64,000 nucleotides of DNA from Chloroflexota bacterium (lineage in GTDB: Bacteria; Chloroflexota; UBA11872; VXOZ01). The DNA is taken from positions 224,001 to 288,000 of the forward strand of contig OZ219801.1 in the NCBI GenBank assembly GCA_964291655.2, read 5' to 3'. Numbering within the stretch: position 1 is the stretch's first letter; each line of letters starts with the position of its first letter. The translations under genes were made by a program, and so were the position numbers. The notes under the pieces are model-generated. The model was given only the letters and a program-made list of their open reading frames with translations, searched no databases and was not told where the DNA came from. Positions 61,501 through 64,000 of this stretch are shown here, piece by piece.

Positions 61501-61965
61501 ATGAAGACTCCGGAAACTGCCGTGACACGGCCCAGTGACGTGGAACATCGTTGGTATGTGGTTGACGCCACGGGACAGACCCTCGGCAGGCTCGCGACAC
61601 GCATCGCGCACGTGCTGCGCGGCAAGCACAAGCCCCATTACGCTCCGAACATTGACACCGGAGACTACGTGATTGTAGTCAACGCTGCCAAAGTCGCTGT
61701 CACCGGCCGCAAACTTGAGCAGAAGACGTACTACCGTCATTCAGGCTATCCCAGCGGCCTCAGCGCAGTCCTCTTGGAAGACCAGCTTGAGCGGCGCCCT
61801 CATCGCGTAATTGAGCATGCGGTGCGGGGTATGCTTCCCCACAACCGTTTGGGCCGAGCTATGTTCAAGAAACTAAAAGTCTATGGCGGGCCTGAACATC
61901 CACACGAAGCCCAACAGCCTGAGCCATTTCTCGTGAGCACGACAGGAGCTAATGCCGATGAGTAG
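61501..61965 (+). CDS. rplM: 50S ribosomal protein uL13
   Basis: WYVVDA, LRGKHKP, YRHSGYP and RGMLP motifs. Confidence 0.98.
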   Translation: MKTPETAVTRPSDVEHRWYVVDATGQTLGRLATRIAHVLRGKHKPHYAPNIDTGDYVIVVNAAKVAVTGRKLEQKTYYRHSGYPSGLSAVLLEDQLERRPHRVIEHAVRGMLPHNRLGRAMFKKLKVYGGPEHPHEAQQPEPFLVSTTGANADE

Positions 61966-62356
61966 TGATGGTAACGCCCAGTACTACGTAGGAGTAGGGC
62001 GACGCAAGGAGGCCGTGGCACGAATCCGTCTCTATAGCGGCGAGCGCGGTATCGTTGTCAACGGCCGGCCGATTGAGGACTACTTTCCGCGCATCATGCA
62101 CCAGAACGTCGTGCAGGAGCCACTTGACCTGGTTGGCGCCAGCTTTCGTGTATCGGCAAAAGTGGTCGGCGGCGGCATCAGCGGTCAGGCGGAAGCAATT
62201 CGCCATGGAGTTGCACGCGCACTCGTTAACGCGAACGATCAATATCGCCTCTCGTTGCGCAAGTCCGGGATGCTCACCCGGGACGCCCGTGTCAAAGAAC
62301 GCAAGAAGTACGGTCTCAAGCGCGCCCGCAAAGCGCCTCAGTACACAAAGCGCTAA
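61958..62356 (+). CDS. rpsI: 30S ribosomal protein uS9
   Basis: [17 protein letters not shown] and [19 protein letters not shown] motifs. Confidence 0.98.
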   Translation: MSSDGNAQYYVGVGRRKEAVARIRLYSGERGIVVNGRPIEDYFPRIMHQNVVQEPLDLVGASFRVSAKVVGGGISGQAEAIRHGVARALVNANDQYRLSLRKSGMLTRDARVKERKKYGLKRARKAPQYTKR

Positions 62357-62919
62357 GACTCCTGCAGCCGCATTGCCGGAGCACCCTCACCGTCGCTTGG
62401 GCCTGCAAGTTCAAGAATGAATCGCTCTCGCTCAGGTAATTCTTCCAAACTGGCAAGACCGAAATACTTGAGAAATTCGAACGTTGTGGCGTACTCAATC
62501 GGTCTGCCCGGAGTTTGGCGTCTCTCGCCCGCAGCTACGAACTCACGGCTGAGCAACACTGCCAGGGTGTGGTCCGAGTTCACCCCTCGAATTCGTTCAA
62601 TGTCCGCACGCGTAACCGGCTGGTAGTAAGCAATAACCGCGAGGGTTTCCAAGGCTGCGCGAGAGAGTCGTTCCCCACGGTGCACGCCGAGCAGCGTGCG
62701 AATGTACGGCGCCACGCCCGGATGCGAGACGAGCAAGAATGCGCCGTTCTGCTCCTGTAGCAGAATCCCCCGGTCATACCAGGCAGTCTTGAATTCTTCT
62801 AAGACCGCGGTTACGGCCCGGGATGGCTCACCCGTAATCCGTGCCAACTCCTGAACGGTAAGCGGTCGCTCGGCGACAAACAAAAGCCCCTCGAGCAGAG
62901 CGGCAAGTGGCAACGGCAT
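62353..62919 (-). CDS. scpB: SMC-ScpAB complex subunit ScpB
   Basis: LEGLLFV, LSRAALETLAVIAYYQPVTR, IRGV, PGRP and FGL.SLEELP motifs. Confidence 0.95.
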   Translation of the reverse strand: MPLPLAALLEGLLFVAERPLTVQELARITGEPSRAVTAVLEEFKTAWYDRGILLQEQNGAFLLVSHPGVAPYIRTLLGVHRGERLSRAALETLAVIAYYQPVTRADIERIRGVNSDHTLAVLLSREFVAAGERRQTPGRPIEYATTFEFLKYFGLASLEELPERERFILELAGPSDGEGAPAMRLQES

Positions 62920-62923
62920 ACAA

Positions 62924-63712
62924 TCACCTTCCGCGATTTGAGACCCCGTCGGCAGCGCCATGCGCGGGCACAGCCACCGGGTCCCCCTCGGACTCACCGG
63001 CTTGCCCGGAGTCTATCGGCAGAATGAGGATGTCCGCGTAGAGTTCGGCCTGCCGTACCGTAGCCTTACGTAATCGCAGATACTCCAGCACCGCCAAGAA
63101 GGCCACGACAATCTCTTCCAGTGATTCCGCAGGTTCGATGAGTTCGCGAAATCCGGTTTGGCCGTGGAGCACTAGGAGCGTCCCAATGCGGCCGACGTAC
63201 GTCTCGATATGTACCGTGCGTCGCGCCACCGGCGGTAGTTCGTCTTCCTTCTCCTCCAGCATTGCGGCAAGCGCACTCACCAGGTCATCGGGCGCATAGC
63301 TCACAAGGTCGGCCTGTACCAGGGGCAAGGGCATCGGTGCGGCGGCAGTGCGCTGGTATGCGACGTCGCGATCCTCCTGCCAGGCGGCAACCGTTTCCAT
63401 CAACCGCTTAAAACGCTCATATCCCCGCAATTGGTCCTCCAGAGATTCTTCAGTCTCTTCCAACATGTCCTGAGGCTCATGCAATGGGGCCTGGGATTTC
63501 CCAAGCATGAGTTGGGCCGCCACACGAAGGAATGCCGCCAGCAGCGGACCGTCCTGTTCCTTCATGCCGTGCACGTATGCGAGGAATTGCTGCGTAACCA
63601 CGACGAGGGACAATTCCGTTATGTCTAGTTTCTGTTCCTGGATGAGCCGCAGCAAGACATCCAAGGGCCCTTCGAAAATCTCCAGGCGAACGGAAGGTAA
63701 GGGAGATCCCAT
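62924..63712 (-). CDS. scpA: SMC-ScpAB complex kleisin subunit ScpA
   Basis: FEGPLDVLL.LI and VAFLAVLE motifs. Confidence 0.93.
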   Translation of the reverse strand: MGSPLPSVRLEIFEGPLDVLLRLIQEQKLDITELSLVVVTQQFLAYVHGMKEQDGPLLAAFLRVAAQLMLGKSQAPLHEPQDMLEETEESLEDQLRGYERFKRLMETVAAWQEDRDVAYQRTAAAPMPLPLVQADLVSYAPDDLVSALAAMLEEKEDELPPVARRTVHIETYVGRIGTLLVLHGQTGFRELIEPAESLEEIVVAFLAVLEYLRLRKATVRQAELYADILILPIDSGQAGESEGDPVAVPAHGAADGVSNRGR

Positions 63713-63716
63713 AGTA

Positions 63717-64000
63717 CTAACCCAAGAATAGGCGCATGAGGAATGTGACCGGTGGACCGAGGATGGCTTGAAATATCCCAATCCTCAGGAACCACTGGTC
63801 TAAGAGAACAATGATAAGCAAGACAAATGGTCCCTGCAGTTCAAGCCACGAAATGGAAGGCACAACGTGCCGGGGCAAGAAGCGCAGAAGAATGCGGTAG
63901 CCGTCCAACGGCGGGATCGGGATAATATTGAAGACGGCCAGCGCGATATTGATTTGCACGACGATTGCAAGCATCGTCACTATGGTCACGGTGGTGCTGT
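63717..64000 (-). CDS. Site-2 protease (M50) family protein, 5'-truncated by window edge
   Basis: INIALAVFNIIPIPPLDG motif. Confidence 0.88.
   Translation of the reverse strand, partial: STTVTIVTMLAIVVQINIALAVFNIIPIPPLDGYRILLRFLPRHVVPSISWLELQGPFVLLIIVLLDQWFLRIGIFQAILGPPVTFLMRLFLG

Overview
Bacterial chromosomal window of moderately high GC. The lineage is most consistent with Chloroflexota; this is an inference from the Tat-lipoprotein solute-binding proteins, the uS12 insertion, scpAB and the rplQ-truA-rplM-rpsI order. Positions 1-40 kb hold mixed accessory and housekeeping genes: tandem paralogous ABC solute-binding lipoproteins, hydrolases, an ArsR + P1B-ATPase metal-efflux pair, an archaeal-type ATP-dependent DNA ligase, a cbiZ-like/folE/folC/His-phosphatase/pncB cofactor operon, D-amino-acid enzymes, tRNA-Pro, GH15, an InhA-like metalloprotease, xerD, pcm, ppdK, lspA-rluD-fabH and a sulfatase. 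Positions 40.5-62.4 kb are the uninterrupted str-S10-spc-alpha-truA-rplM-rpsI ribosomal supercluster, met convergently by scpB/scpA. No CRISPR array, transposase, rRNA or prophage is seen. The most notable unexplained signals are: (1) a ~310-nt densely helical non-coding element (18.0-18.3 kb) heading the cofactor operon, which I cannot assign to any RNA family I recognise; (2) a ~170-nt rod-like RNA candidate (22.5-22.7 kb); (3) a nested palindromic repeat inserted in frame inside folC; (4) three genes whose conserved N-termini lie upstream of the first in-frame ATG/GTG/TTG (two with RBS-preceded ATT, one broken by a 17-bp duplication); (5) a native K42R streptomycin-resistance-type uS12. All structures were paired by eye; no database or folding program was run.
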